The notes beneath the pieces are model-generated. The model saw only the letters and a program-made list of their open reading frames with translations. It did no database searches and had not been told where the DNA came from. A DNA stretch of 64,000 bases, from positions 19,406,001-19,470,000 of the forward strand of contig NC_043024.1 of assembly GCF_006345805.1 (NCBI RefSeq), in the 5' to 3' direction. Shown piece by piece: positions 1 to 11,538 of the stretch. The stretch is from Octopus sinensis (lineage: Eukaryota). Position numbers and translations under genes: made by a program. Position 1 is the first letter of the stretch; each line of letters opens with the position of its first letter.

Positions 1-307
1 TTTGCCAAACCGCTAGGTAACGGGGACATAAACACACCAGCATCGGTTGTCAAGCAATGCTAGGGGGACAAACACAGACACACAAACACACACATACGTA
101 TATATATATATACATATATACGGCAGGCTTCTTTCAGTTTTCGTCTACCAAATCTACTCACAAGGCATTGGTCGGTCCGAGGCTATAGTAGAAGACACAC
201 TTGCCAGGTGCCACCAGTGGGACTGAACCCGGAACCATGTGGTTGGTAAGCAAGCTCCTTACCACACCAGCCACTCCTGCGCCTATATGTATATAACAAA
301 TATATAC

Positions 308-347
<40 letters not shown>

Positions 348-512
348 TACGACAGGCTTCTTTCAGTTTCCGTCTACCAAATCCACTCACAAGGCATTGG
401 TCGGCCCGGGGCTATAGTAGAAGACACTTGCCCAAGGTGCCATGCAGTGGGACTGAACCCGGAACCATGTGGTTGGTAAACAAGCTCCTTACCACACAGC
501 CACTCCTGCGCC
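1..512 (-). mobile_element. Two adjacent copies of SINE family A (tRNA-derived, ~400 bp, internal (TA)/(TG) microsatellite); first cut by the window edge, second head-half only
   Basis: Reverse complement of the head AGGCGCAGGAGTGGCTGTGTGGTAAG...GGTTCAGTCCCACTG (A-box/B-box-like), which recurs more than 30 times in the window. Confidence 0.85.
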
Positions 513-719
513 TTTGCTTTTTCTCATATCGTTTCTCATACACAGGTACCTTCCTCCATCACCTGCCCTTTTTTTCTCCAACCCTCATCAGTAATTCATG
601 TGACATATCCAGATAAGTGGAGATGGTTTTCCTGCATGGATTAGTTAATATCTTTAATACCTTGTGGCTCTCTCTTGGATTATGTGTTTTCAGATTTTTA
701 CGTAGATTAACAACGCACG

Positions 720-901
720 CACACACACACATCATATACATGCACTACACACAAAAATTTATATGTGCATATATATTTCTGTGTGCATATACATATGTGT
801 GGATGTGTGTACACGTGTGCGTGTGCGTACATGTATATGAATGTGTATGTGCATGTGTGTGTGTGTACATAATACACGCACACAAATACTTAAGTATATA
901 T

Positions 902-945
<44 letters not shown>

Positions 946-1178
946 GTAATAAATATATATATATGTGTATATATATAAATGTACAAACATATATATATAT
1001 ATATATACATGTATATATATATATATATATAAATGTACACATATATATAATATATATATATATAAATGTACATACACATACATATATATATGTGCATATA
1101 TATATATATATATATATACACATACACACACACATATATTACATATAAGTATATATACATTTATATATATACATATAC

Positions 1179-1209
<31 letters not shown>

Positions 1210-1296
1210 TATATTATATACACACACATACACACATATATATTAGTACTTTGCTCCATTTATACTGTTTCGTGTACAAAACCTATATATGTATAT

Positions 1297-1362
<66 letters not shown>

Positions 1363-1365
1363 CAT
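720..1365. repeat. Compound (TA)n/(CA)n/(TG)n microsatellite field
   Basis: Direct inspection; explains all YI/HT/CV ORFs at 559-1476. Confidence 0.95.
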
Positions 1366-1588
1366 GCACACTACAGGAACATAGTGCTGGAGACTGCACA
1401 TGCAGTATCTTCATATTTTACCGGGAAAACCGAAGCCATATTTTCTCTTCCAAGTTTTAACTTTCATTCGAAATAGACCCAAAAATAGAATTAACGGGAA
1501 TTTACTGCCAGCTATTTGGCACAAACAAATGGCAAAAGAAAATCATTTGTGACATCTGTCAGGGCTGGTAACATCATCATCATCACCA

Positions 1589-1589
<1 letters not shown>

Positions 1590-1649
<60 letters not shown>

Positions 1650-1784
1650 TAATAATGATATTCCCCTCCCCAAGCTTTCAGCTGTATTTCAACAACTCTT
1701 AACCTTCACTTGCCCTAGGGCGCTGGGTGTGCCCCGGCAAGCGATTGCATCAAACATGCAGATTAAAAGTAAATGACAATAATG

Positions 1785-1815
<31 letters not shown>

Positions 1816-1850
1816 TAATAATGATAGTAATAATAGTAAAAAATTGCCAA
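1590..1850 (+). repeat. (TAA)n array containing a ~110-bp 3'-UTR remnant of a Dong/R4-type LINE (1665-1775)
   Basis: AAT repeats at 1590-1660 and 1775-1840; the insert carries a 31-nt TTGCCCTAGG...CGGCAA hairpin (1710-1740) homologous to the 3' UTR of the LINE at 3528-3558. Confidence 0.6.
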
Positions 1851-1859
1851 TAAAAAAAA

Positions 1860-3595
1860 AAGCCATCTATTTTATATGGATGACTTAAAACTTTATGGTA
1901 AAGACAATAATGAACTTGAAGGCCTATTGCGCACCGTGAAAGCATTCAGCGATGACATCGGGATGGAGTTTGGACTTGAGAAGTGTGCCAAGGCCACTTT
2001 CCAGAAAGGGAAAGTGAAGACCACAAATTCAGTCGTGTTAGATGTTGACACAGTCATAAGAGAGCTTGAGCAAGAACAAACATACAAATATTTAGGGATA
2101 AATGAAGGCTCTGGTATTCAGCATGCAAGCATGAAAGAGAAAATCAGGAAGGAATGTTATAGGAGAGTTCGTGCAGTCCTGAAATCTGAACTAAATGCAC
2201 GTAACAAGGTGTTAGCTATAAATTCCTTAGCAGTTCCAGTTGTTACTTATAGCTACAATGTGTTGAACTGGAATATGAGTAAAGTAAAGAATATAGATAG
2301 AAAAATACGCAAGCTGCTGAGTTGTAATAGGATGCACCACCCAAAGGCAGACGTAGATCGCCTTTACCTTCCCAGAGCCCAAGGAGGTCGAGGCCTGATC
2401 CAATTTGAACTAGCTTACAAAACAACCACAATTGGACTGGCCAAATATCTCGAAATATCGAATGACTGGATGCTAAATCTCGTGGAAAATCACGAGAGAC
2501 GAAAGAAGCTTCATTCTATCATAAAGGAAAGCAAAAAATTTGCTATTGATCTCGTGCAGGATACCCAAACTGAACACCCGAGGAAGTACGGCAACTATTG
2601 TTGCAAAGAAGGTGAAAATGATGGCAATAAAAAAGCGCACGAGCAATTGGCTGATAGGTGGGAGGAGAAACCTCTGCACGGCAAATATGTGACCGCAGCA
2701 AACAAGCTGATGTTGACCAGAAGCAAACCCATCAGTGGCTACGGAGCTCAGGGCTAAAAGCAGAGAGCGAAGGTTTCATCCTGGCTGCTCAAGATCAAAG
2801 CCTATTAACCCGGAACTACCAGGCCAATGTGATGAAAAATGGAGCAGACCCAAAATGCCGATTCTGCAACGACATGATTGAAACAGTGGACCACCTAATC
2901 TCTGGATGTAAAGTCTTAGCACCAGTGGATATAAATTAAGACATGACAGAGTTGGCCAATATCTCCACTGGCTAATAAGTCGGCATTACAATATCAAAAC
3001 TGCCGACAAGTGGTATAATCACCACCCTGAGGCTGTAACTGAAGGAGAAAATGTAACCATTCTGTGGGACTTTCCAGTACATACAGACCGAACCATCAAG
3101 GCCAATAAACCAGATATTGTTGTGAAAGACCAAAACAATAAAGTTTGCTTATTGATCGACATGAGCATCCCCTGTGATCATAATATCTCAGCGAAAGAGT
3201 TTGACAAGCTCAGAAAATATAAAGACCTACTCATTGAAATTGAGAAAATGTGGCATCTCAAGGCGGTTACAATACCAGTGATCGTAGGAGCACTAGGAAT
3301 GATCAAGAAGGGAACCAAAATTATATGAGAATGATCCCTGGCTTACCATCCCTGCAAGAAGTGCAAAAGATTGTCTTAACTGGTACATCACACGTATTGA
3401 GAAGAGCATTGTCGATGTGAGAACTGTTGCTGCTCATGTATTTTAATTTAACTTAAAAAAAAAAAAAAAAAATGAACGAACTACTGAGTTTGGTTTAATG
3501 GCCTACCAATGTATACTATGAGTTTCTTTGCCCTAGGAGTCGGGAAGACACTCGGCAAGAAATGGAAGTAAATTTGAAAGAAGAAAAAAAAAAAG
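1860..3595 (+). mobile_element. 5'-truncated R4/Dong-clade non-LTR retrotransposon (RT C-terminal half, CCHC knuckle, restriction-like endonuclease, 3' UTR), frameshifted
   Basis: HLFYMDDLKLY RT motif at ~1864-1896; CRFCNDMIETVDHLISGC zinc knuckle; WDFPVHTDRTIKANKPDIVV...LIDMSIP...KLRKYKDL PD-(D/E)xK endonuclease; ends RRALSM* at 3420; flanked by TAA repeats on both sides. Confidence 0.9.
1873..3420 (+). pseudogene. Disrupted Dong/R4 ORF (segments 1876-2757, 2658-2939, ~2935-3325, ~3320-3420 in different frames)
   Basis: Homologous protein motifs continue across at least 3 frameshifts. Confidence 0.85.
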
Positions 3596-3631
3596 TAATA
3601 GTAATAATAGTAATAACAATAATAATAGTAC

Positions 3632-4172
3632 CAGGCAGTGGCTCTCATGGCTTCTGATCTTAACTGATTGGAAGTGTTATCATGTACATTGTTTTGTCTT
3701 GGTATAAAAGATGGGCTACAGCAAATATTCTGCTCAATACCACAGATTTGCTTGTCAGTTTTTTGACCATAACCAGTTGAGCATGTCCCTTGGTGGCTGA
3801 TGATATGTGCATCTCTGATCACGAGCAGAAGTAGTGGGGGAGCATCATAGCCATCTGTTGAGAGGAATTCTTTGGGGTTTGAATAATTTGCCTCTGGAAA
3901 CATGGGTGTTTTGTTCAACATCCTTAAACAACCGTTATTCAGGGACCTTTTGAGTGGGATGAGCTACTTGACATGAAGAAAATTCTAACTGGACCCCACC
4001 TGCAAGGTCATGCGCTGTGTATCTTGATATAAGATCACCATGTCGTGCACATATGGTTGTGATGCATGTGCCTGGTGTTGTAACCTTATCAGACGGGTAG
4101 TCATGATGGGTATATTGGGCTTCGTATATTTTACCCCAGTGTCCCTTTGATGGCATGCACTGCTCTCTCACT
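3632..4172 (+). mobile_element. Unclassified non-coding retroposon ending in (TAA)n (longest copy; 5'-truncated copies at 4622-4806 and 43665-43826)
   Basis: Three copies share the 3' end ...GTCACTTTGATGGYATG..CTGCTCTSTCACTCAA followed by TAA repeats and differ at the 5' end. Confidence 0.7.
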
Positions 4173-4180
4173 CAATAATG

Positions 4181-4223
<43 letters not shown>

Positions 4224-4248
4224 CAACAACAACAGTAATAATAATAAT

Positions 4249-4282
<34 letters not shown>

Positions 4283-4412
4283 GTAATAATAATAATAGTA
4301 ATAGTAATAATAATAACAACAACAACAGTAATAATAATAATAGTAATAGTAATAATAATAACAACAACAACAGTAATAATAATAATAGTAATAATAATAA
4401 GAATAATAATAA
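4173..4412. repeat. Compound (AAT)/(AAC)/(AGT) trinucleotide array
   Basis: Direct inspection; source of the poly-L/N/Y/I ORFs. Confidence 0.95.
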
Positions 4413-4621
4413 TCCTCTCTCATTTTAGTATGAAGCCAGGCCAGCAAATTTGAAGAGGTGAGAAGTTGATTACATCAACCTCAGTGCCAACTGGTTTGGG
4501 GTTTTATACACCCTGGATCTTTGAAGGGTAAAGTTGACCTTAGCTGAATTTGAAGTCAGACTGGAAAGAGCTAAATGAAATGCTACTAAGAGTTCTGTTT
4601 GATACACCAACGATTTTTAAC

Positions 4622-4850
4622 TGGGCCCCCCACCTGCGAAGGTCATGCGCTGTTTATCTTGATATGAGATCACCATGTCGTGCACATATGGTTGTGATGT
4701 ATGTGCCTGGTGTACCCTTATCAGATGGGTAGTCATGATGGGTATACTGGGCTTCGTATATTTTACCCCAGTGTCACTTTGATGGCATGAACTGCTCTGT
4801 CACTCAAGCATTATAATAATAATAATAATAATAATAATGATAATAATAAT
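4622..4850 (+). mobile_element. 5'-truncated copy of the (TAA)-tailed retroposon plus tail
   Basis: Matches 3990-4172. Confidence 0.75.
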
Positions 4851-4886
4851 GGTTTCTAATTTAGGCACAAAAAAATATAAATAAAT

Positions 4887-5139
4887 AAATGCGCCCTTCT
4901 TAAAGCCTCACGAGACTCATGGGCCCGGTTTCCTGGTTTCAATGGCGTATGTGTTCCCCAGCTGGATGGGACGCCTGTCCATCGCAGCGTTACTCATTTT
5001 TGCCAGCTGAGTGGACTGGAGCAATGTGAAATGAAGTGTTTTGCTCAAGAACACAACGCGTAGCCCGGTCCAGGAATGGAAACCACAATCTTACGATCAT
5101 GATGCTGACACCCTAACCACTAAGCCACGTGCTTCCACT
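4887..5139 (-). mobile_element. SINE family C (tRNA head plus CORE-like central domain)
   Basis: Head GTGGAAGCACGTGGCTTAGTGGTTAGGGTGTCAGC...GGTTTCCATTCC; TTGTGTTCTTGAGCAAAACACTTCATTTCAC..GCTCCAGTCCACTCAGCTGG resembles the CORE domain (from memory); copies at 18528 and 30582. Confidence 0.8.
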
Positions 5140-5334
5140 TAGGCACAAAACCCTCCACTTATAGCTCATCTTATACATGTCATTTGTTTTGGATTATTTA
5201 TGTATATATATACTCATGCAATCTCTGAAGAGCATGTAGAGTCAGTTAACCATACTGTTATTTAGTATCCAATTATTTATTATCCAGTGCAAAACCAATC
5301 CATAATATAAGCTTAAAAAATGGATCTATAATGG

Positions 5335-5716
5335 AAGCACTCCATTAGTTACGACGATGAGGGTTCCGGTTGATCCGAATCAATGGAACAGCCTGCTCGT
5401 GAAATTAATGTGTAAGTGGCTGAGCACTCCACAGACACGTGCACCCTTAACTTAGTTCTCGGGGATATTCAGCGTGACACAGAGAGTGACAAGGCCGGCC
5501 CCTTGAAATACAGGTACAACAGAAACAGGAAGTAAGAGTGAGAGAAAGTTGTGGTGAAAGAGTACAGCAGGGGTCACCACCATCCCTTGCCAGAGCCTCG
5601 TGGAGCTTTAGGTGTTTTCGCTCAATAAACACTCACGACGCCCGGTCTGGGAATCGAAACTGCAATCCTATGACCGCGAGTCCGCTGCCCTAACCACTGG
5701 GCCATTGCGCCTCCGG
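5335..5716 (-). mobile_element. SINE family B, tail variant 1
   Basis: tRNA-like head GGAGGCGCAATGGCCCAGTGGTTAGGGCAGCGGACTCGCGGTC...GTTTCGATTCC; head shared with 14735-15040, 25915-26445, 28630-28935 and 42672-42965. Confidence 0.85.
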
Positions 5717-5774
5717 ATCTATAATACTGCAATGTTTTTATACTCTATTGACAAATATATGAGTGCATATTGTT

Positions 5775-5858
5775 TGACCAGTTCCAGTCAAACAGTCTAA
5801 CCCATGCCAGCATGGAAAGCAGACATTAAATGATGATGATTATGATGATGATGATGAT
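5775..5858 (+). mobile_element. Extreme 3' end of RTE LINE family 1 with (GAT)n tail
   Basis: AACCCATGCCAGCATGGAAAGCAGACATTAAATGATGATG matches the 3' end of the 60597-61495 element. Confidence 0.7.
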
Positions 5859-5992
5859 GTGTGTGTGTACAATTTGTACAGTTTATGTATTTATATCTTC
5901 TATCTAGCAATAGACACTTTATGTATTTATGTGTATGTGTGTGTATGTGTGTGTGCATGCTCACACATGTATTTATATGTATGTAATGTATA

Positions 5993-6408
5993 CTCTTTAC
6001 TCTTTTACTCTTTTACTTGTTTCAGTCATTTGACTGTGGCCATGCTGGAGCACCGCCTTTAGTCGAGCAACTCGACCCCGGGACTTATTCTTTGTAAGCC
6101 CAGTACTTATTCTATTGGTCTTTTTTGCCGAACCGCTAAGTGACGGGGACGTAAACACACCAGCATCGGTTGTCAAGCAATGCTAGGGGGACCAACACAG
6201 ACACACAAACACACACATACACATATATATATATACATATATACGACAGGCTTCTTTTTAGTTTCCGTCTACCAAATCCACTCACAAGGCATTGGTCGGC
6301 CCGGGGCTATAGCGGAAGACACTTGCCCAAGGTGCCACGCAGTGGGACTAAACCCAGAACCATGTGGTTGGTTAGCAAGCTACTTACCACACAACCACTC
6401 CTATGCCT
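5993..6408 (-). mobile_element. Full-length SINE family A copy
   Basis: Head, internal microsatellite and tail ...ATGACTGAAACAAGTAAAAGAGTAAAAGAG all present. Confidence 0.9.
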
Positions 6409-7289
6409 CCTGTATGTATGGATGGATAAAACAAGTTCCTTTCAGTTTCTGCCTACCTAATCTACCGAAAAGCCTTTCATCCCAAGTGGCTTTAGTAAAA
6501 AAAAAAGACATATTCGTCATTGATGCCACACAGTGGGACTGAACCGAAAACCCATGAGAACGGAAAAGCAAAACTTTCTTAACCCATTAATGCACACGAC
6601 CATACCTGCACCTATTCCCCATTATTGCATTTCTGATTCAGATTTATCAGTTATGCACACGCACACAGTCTTTTGTTAAATGCTTCTACTTTGCTTGTAC
6701 AATAAGAGAAGAGTGAGGCCGAAAGAGGGGAGGCGGTACTAAATCAATACAAACGCCAGGATGATGCTGATGGTGGTAGCAATGCAAAGTGCGAAAACCA
6801 TGACAACTCCCTGGCTATTTGCCATGGTTAATTCAACATTTTAAAGATTAGAGAATAAGACACATAACTACACCAAACCAAGTTCTCACTGCCCAGAATC
6901 TTGCTTAAAGATAAATTCCTCGTAATTTCGCAATCAGGGTTCGTTTGGTTTTGTTTTTGTTTTATTTTATTTTTGTCGTGTAATTTTTTTTTTTCTTTTT
7001 TTTTTTTATCTCTCTTCTTAGCTCGTATATATATATTTATATTGTTCGCAAAGTAGGTTCCGCAGTGTTTCTTGCGGTTTTATGCAGTTTATAACATTTG
7101 TTATTGAGTGAGTAGCCAACGTTAGCGAAACAATGAGATATGTTCCCGTTTTTGTTAGTATCGGCTTCTCACACCCTGCTGTAATAAACCAACTTTAACT
7201 GCAAAGTCACACCGTATCTGCAGTTTAACTTCTATTGCTTGAGAGCCACCAATGCGGCATGACAAAAATACTTTTCAAATATATATATA

Positions 7290-7630
7290 TATGTACGCAG
7301 GGGTGGCTGTGTGGTAAGTAGCTTGTTTACCAACCACATAGTTCTGGGTTCAGTCCCACTGCATGGCACCTTGGGCATGTGTCTTCTACTATAGCCTTGG
7401 GCCGACCAAAGCCTTCTGAGTGGATTTGGTAGATGGAATCTGAAAGAAGCCCCTCGTATATATATATAGGCGCAGGAGTGGCTGTGTGGTAAGTAGCTTG
7501 CTAACGAACCACATGGTTCCAGGTTCAGTCCCACTGCATGGCACCTTGGGCAACTGTCTTCTTCTATAGCCTCGGGCCGACCAAAGCCTTGTGAGTGGAT
7601 TTTGTAGACAGAAACTGAAAGAAGCCCGTC

Positions 7631-7663
<33 letters not shown>

Positions 7664-8079
7664 CGCGGCGAGGAGTGGCTGTGTGGTAAGTAGTTGTTTA
7701 CCAACCACATGGTTCCAGGTTCAGTCCCACTGCATAGCACCTTGGGCAAGTTCTTCTACTATAGCCTCGGGCTGACCAAAGCCTTGTGAGTGGATTTGGT
7801 AGACGGAAACTGAAAGAAGCCCGTCGTATATATGTATATATATATATATATGTGGTGTGTGTATGTTTGTGTGTCTGTGTTTGTCCCCCTAGCATTGCTT
7901 GACAACCGATGCTGGTGTGTTTATGTCCCCGTTGCTTAGCGGTTCGGCAAAAAGAGACCGATAGAATAAGTACTGGGCTTACAAAAAGAATAAGTCCTGG
8001 GGTCGAGTTGCTCGATTAAAGGCGGTGCTCCAGCATGGCCGCAGTCAAATGACTGAAACAAGTAAAAGAGTAAAAGAGA
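7290..8079 (+). mobile_element. Three head-to-tail SINE-A heads (7290, 7468, 7661); the last continues to a full-length copy
   Basis: Repeated GAGTGGCTGTGTGGTAAGTAG heads each ending in (TA)n; single tail at ~8045-8079. Confidence 0.85.
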
Positions 8080-8114
8080 GAGTATATATAGGTGTATATT
8101 TTCATGCATAGTTG

Positions 8115-8558
8115 TAAACATGCCTATGTGGTACAAGGTTCGCTTCCCAACCACATCGTTCTGAGTTCAGTACCACAGCATGAGACCTTGAGGAAGTGTC
8201 TTCAGCTATATCCTTGGACTGACCAAAACCTTGTGAGTGGATTTGCTAGAGGGAAACTGGCAGAAGCTCATTGTATATATCTGTGTGTGTGTGTCCCACC
8301 ACAGCCTGGCAAATAGTGTCAGTGTTCATGTCCCTATAACTTAGCAGTTCAGCAAAAGAGACTGATAGAATATATATATATATAAGGCACAAACATGGCT
8401 GTGGTAAGAAGCTTTCTTGCTGACTACATGGTTCTGGGTTCAGTCCCTCTGCATGGCACCTTGGTCAAATGTCTTCTAATATAGGTCCAGGCCAAGCAAA
8501 GACTTGTGAGTGGTTTAGTAGATGGAAACTGAAAGAAGCCTGTTGCACACACACACAC

Positions 8559-8604
<46 letters not shown>

Positions 8605-9120
8605 GCACGAATGTTGCTATGCAGTAAGGAGCTTGTTTCCCAACTACATGGTTCTGGGTTCAGTCCCACTGCATGGCATGTTGGGCAAGTGTCTTCTACT
8701 ACACCCTCCAGCTGACCAAAGTCTTATGAGTGGATTTGATAGAGGGAAACTGAAAGAAGCCTGTCGTATATATCTATGTGTGTGTGTCTTTGTGTCTGTG
8801 TTGCCCCACCAGTGACAACCAGTGTTGGTGTGTTTACATCCCGGTAACTTAGCAATCTGTCGAAAGATGCCGATGGAATAAGTACCAAGCTTAACAAAAT
8901 GTACAGATCAACCCTTTCTAATATTTTTAAAAGTCTGGAAAATTGCAGGGACATAAACAAACCAACACCAAAACTCAAGCAGTGAGAAGAGGAGGACAAA
9001 CAGAATGATATTCTGTAACTTAACCAGTTCTGCAAAAGAAGACGAGAGTTAAAAAGTAAGAACTGGGGTTGATCTGTTGGCTAAAATCCTGCAAGATGGT
9101 GCCCCAGCTTGGTCACTCTT
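8115..9120 (+). mobile_element. Cluster of older degenerate SINE-A copies
   Basis: Diverged heads at ~8115, 8385 and 8605; tail fragment at ~9000-9120. Confidence 0.7.
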
Positions 9121-9124
9121 CTTC

Positions 9125-9452
9125 ATCATCACCATCATCATCATCATCGTTTAACGTCCGCTTTCCATGCTAGCATGGGTTGACTGATTTGACTGAGGTC
9201 AGGCGAAACAGATGGCTGCACCAGGCTCCAATCTGATCTGGCAGAGTTTCTACAGCTGGATGCCCTTCCTAATGCCAACCACTCCGAGAGTGTAGTGGGG
9301 GATTTTAATGTGCCACTGGCAATGGCCATGCTCAAAAGGTGTTTTTTACGTACCACCTGCACAGGAGCCAGTCCAGCGGTACTGGCAACGACCTCGCTCA
9401 AATGTTTTTTTTCACATGCCACCGGCACAAGTGCCAGTAAGGCGATGCTGGT
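9125..9452 (-). mobile_element. RTE LINE family 1, 3' UTR fragment with (GAT)n tail
   Basis: CATCATCGTTTAACGTCCGCTTTCCATGCTAGCATGGG...GGATGCCCTTCCTAATGCCAACC, same as 60635-60960. Confidence 0.85.
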
Positions 9453-9886
9453 TGACTGAAATGAGTAAAAGATAGAGAGATCTAATGGACATTAGATCAT
9501 GTGAAGTTTATTACTGCAGTAAGGCTGCCATCCAATGATTGAAACCAGTAATAGAGAAACAAATAAAAAAAATTCTAAAATTGAAACAACTGTAAAATCA
9601 CATCAGAATAAAAAAAAACTGAAGATTACCTGTTGTTGATCTTTTATTTGGCCATGCTGGAGCACTGCCTAGGAGAATTTTTTAGTTGAATAAATTGACC
9701 CTTCAGTACTTATTTTCTTATTAAGTTTGGTATTCATTTTATCAATCTCTTTTTGCCAAACCGCTAAGTTATGGGGATGCAAACACACCAACACCAGTTA
9801 TCAAGTGTGTTGGGGCACAAACACACACACACACACACAGATACAGACACAAGGACACATACAACACACATATATGTATGTGTGTA

Positions 9887-9951
<65 letters not shown>

Positions 9952-10086
9952 GCATGTATATGTTTTTCTATATATATATAGGGATGGTATATTAAAACTA
10001 CCATCACAATATATATATATATATATATATCTGTGTATGTATATATATATAAAATCAAAATAAGCAACAAGGATATCCAAGGTAGC

Positions 10087-10172
10087 GTAGTACAATTGTT
10101 TCATGCTACTTCATTTTATTAAACACTGTAAGTATTACATCAGTTTTAAAATGTCAATCAATCTTCAGCCAC
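10087..10172 (-). ncRNA. Hammerhead ribozyme motif, type I, degenerate helix II
   Basis: Minus strand: GUGG CUGAAGA [~58 nt] GAA ACAAUUGU A|CUAC; palindromic helix III; helix I GUGG/CUAC. Confidence 0.5.
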
Positions 10173-10244
10173 ATATAGAATATTTTTAATTAAACGGACA
10201 ATGCACATTCTTATACTTATTTCATATATTTCATTTATATATAT

Positions 10245-10410
10245 ATATACACACATTTTTTTCTCTCCTTGTTTTTTCTGTGTCCCTTTCTGTAGAAGAG
10301 CATAGGCTCGAAACGTAAAAGACTTTTTCTGTTCCTGAGCGTATACTTATACATCTGTTTGTTCTGTACACCACTGTCTTCGTCTTTTGTTTTTCATAAA
10401 CTCTCCCTAT
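10245..10410 (+). mobile_element. Penelope-like terminal-repeat-type element carrying an HHR-like motif at 10286-10321 (copies at 44205-44395 + and 58690-58975 -)
   Basis: CUUU CUGUAGA A GAG CAUAGG CUC GAA ACGU A|AAAG; three dispersed homologous copies. Confidence 0.55.
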
Positions 10411-11132
10411 ATATATATATTATATATATATATGTATGTATATATATATACATATATATATGTATATATATATATATATATATATTATATAATATAATAT
10501 ATATATATATATATATATATAGGTAAACGTTAAAAAAACACAACTGGGACAAGAACGAGAAACATTTTGAAGACGGCAAAAAAACACACAGACGGGACTT
10601 TCGAAGCTCTCAGTCATCAGTCAAGAACCAGATCATCTTCGGCAATTTCGGCTGATTAATCTTGTATACATAATACACACACAATGAGCTTCTTTTAGTT
10701 TCTGTCTACGAAATTCACTCGTAAAGCTTTGGTCAGTCCAAGGCTATCATGGAAGACACTTTTCCAAGGTTCCATGCATTGAGACCAAGAACCATGCGGT
10801 TCAGAAGCAAAACTTCTTACCACTCAGTCACACCTGGAGTCTCTTATGTTCTTATTTCTTATTTCATCTTTTATTGGAATAGAATATCAACAGAATAGCG
10901 CAATATTGATTGGTAACCTCCTAAAGACTGAAGAATAAGATAAAAAAGACTTATGCAGATGTATTTTAGTGCTATAAATTATAGAGACATTACTGATAAA
11001 TCTATTTTCTTTAGATCAGAAAAACAGAACTAATTTAGTCATATTTAGCTATAATCTTTTGAAAAATATACCCCTCCACACATACACACACACACACGCA
11101 TATTATGTATGTATGTATGTATATCTCTCTCT

Positions 11133-11538
11133 CTCTTTTACTATTTTACTTGTTTCAGTCATTTGACTGCGGCCATGCTGGAGCACCGCCTTTAGTCGAG
11201 CAAATCGACCCCGGGACTTATCCTTTGTAAGCCCAGTACTTATTCTATCGGTCTCTTTTGCCGAACCGCTAAGCGACGGGGATGTAAACACACCACCATC
11301 GGTTGTCAAGCAATGCTAGGGAGACAAACACAGACACACAAACATATACACACACACTTATATATATATACATATATACGACAGGCTTCTTTCAGTTTCT
11401 GTCTACCAAATCCACTCACAAGGTAGTGGTCGGCCCGGGGCTATAGCAGAAGACACTTGCCCAAGATGCCACGCAGTGGGACTGAACCTGGAACCATGTG
11501 GTTGGTTAGCAAGCTACTTACCATACAGCCACTCCATA
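11133..11538 (-). mobile_element. Full-length SINE family A copy
   Basis: Head, microsatellite and tail present. Confidence 0.9.

Noticed and set aside
239-616. Recurrent peptides such as [23 protein letters not shown] and TCPRCHAVGLN.EPCGW
   Set aside because: Translations of SINE-A, not a gene family
559-1476. Many YI/HT/CV-rich ORFs here and at 9.7, 20.7, 24, 28, 33-35, 40, 44 and 60 kb
   Set aside because: Dinucleotide microsatellite translations with no coding evidence
7290-7380. tRNA-like A/B boxes in SINE heads
   Set aside because: No complete cloverleaf; they are continuous with SINE bodies, so not tRNA genes
10590-10625. Minus-strand CUGAUGA...GAAAG...GUC
   Set aside because: Helices I and III do not pair; at best a badly decayed motif
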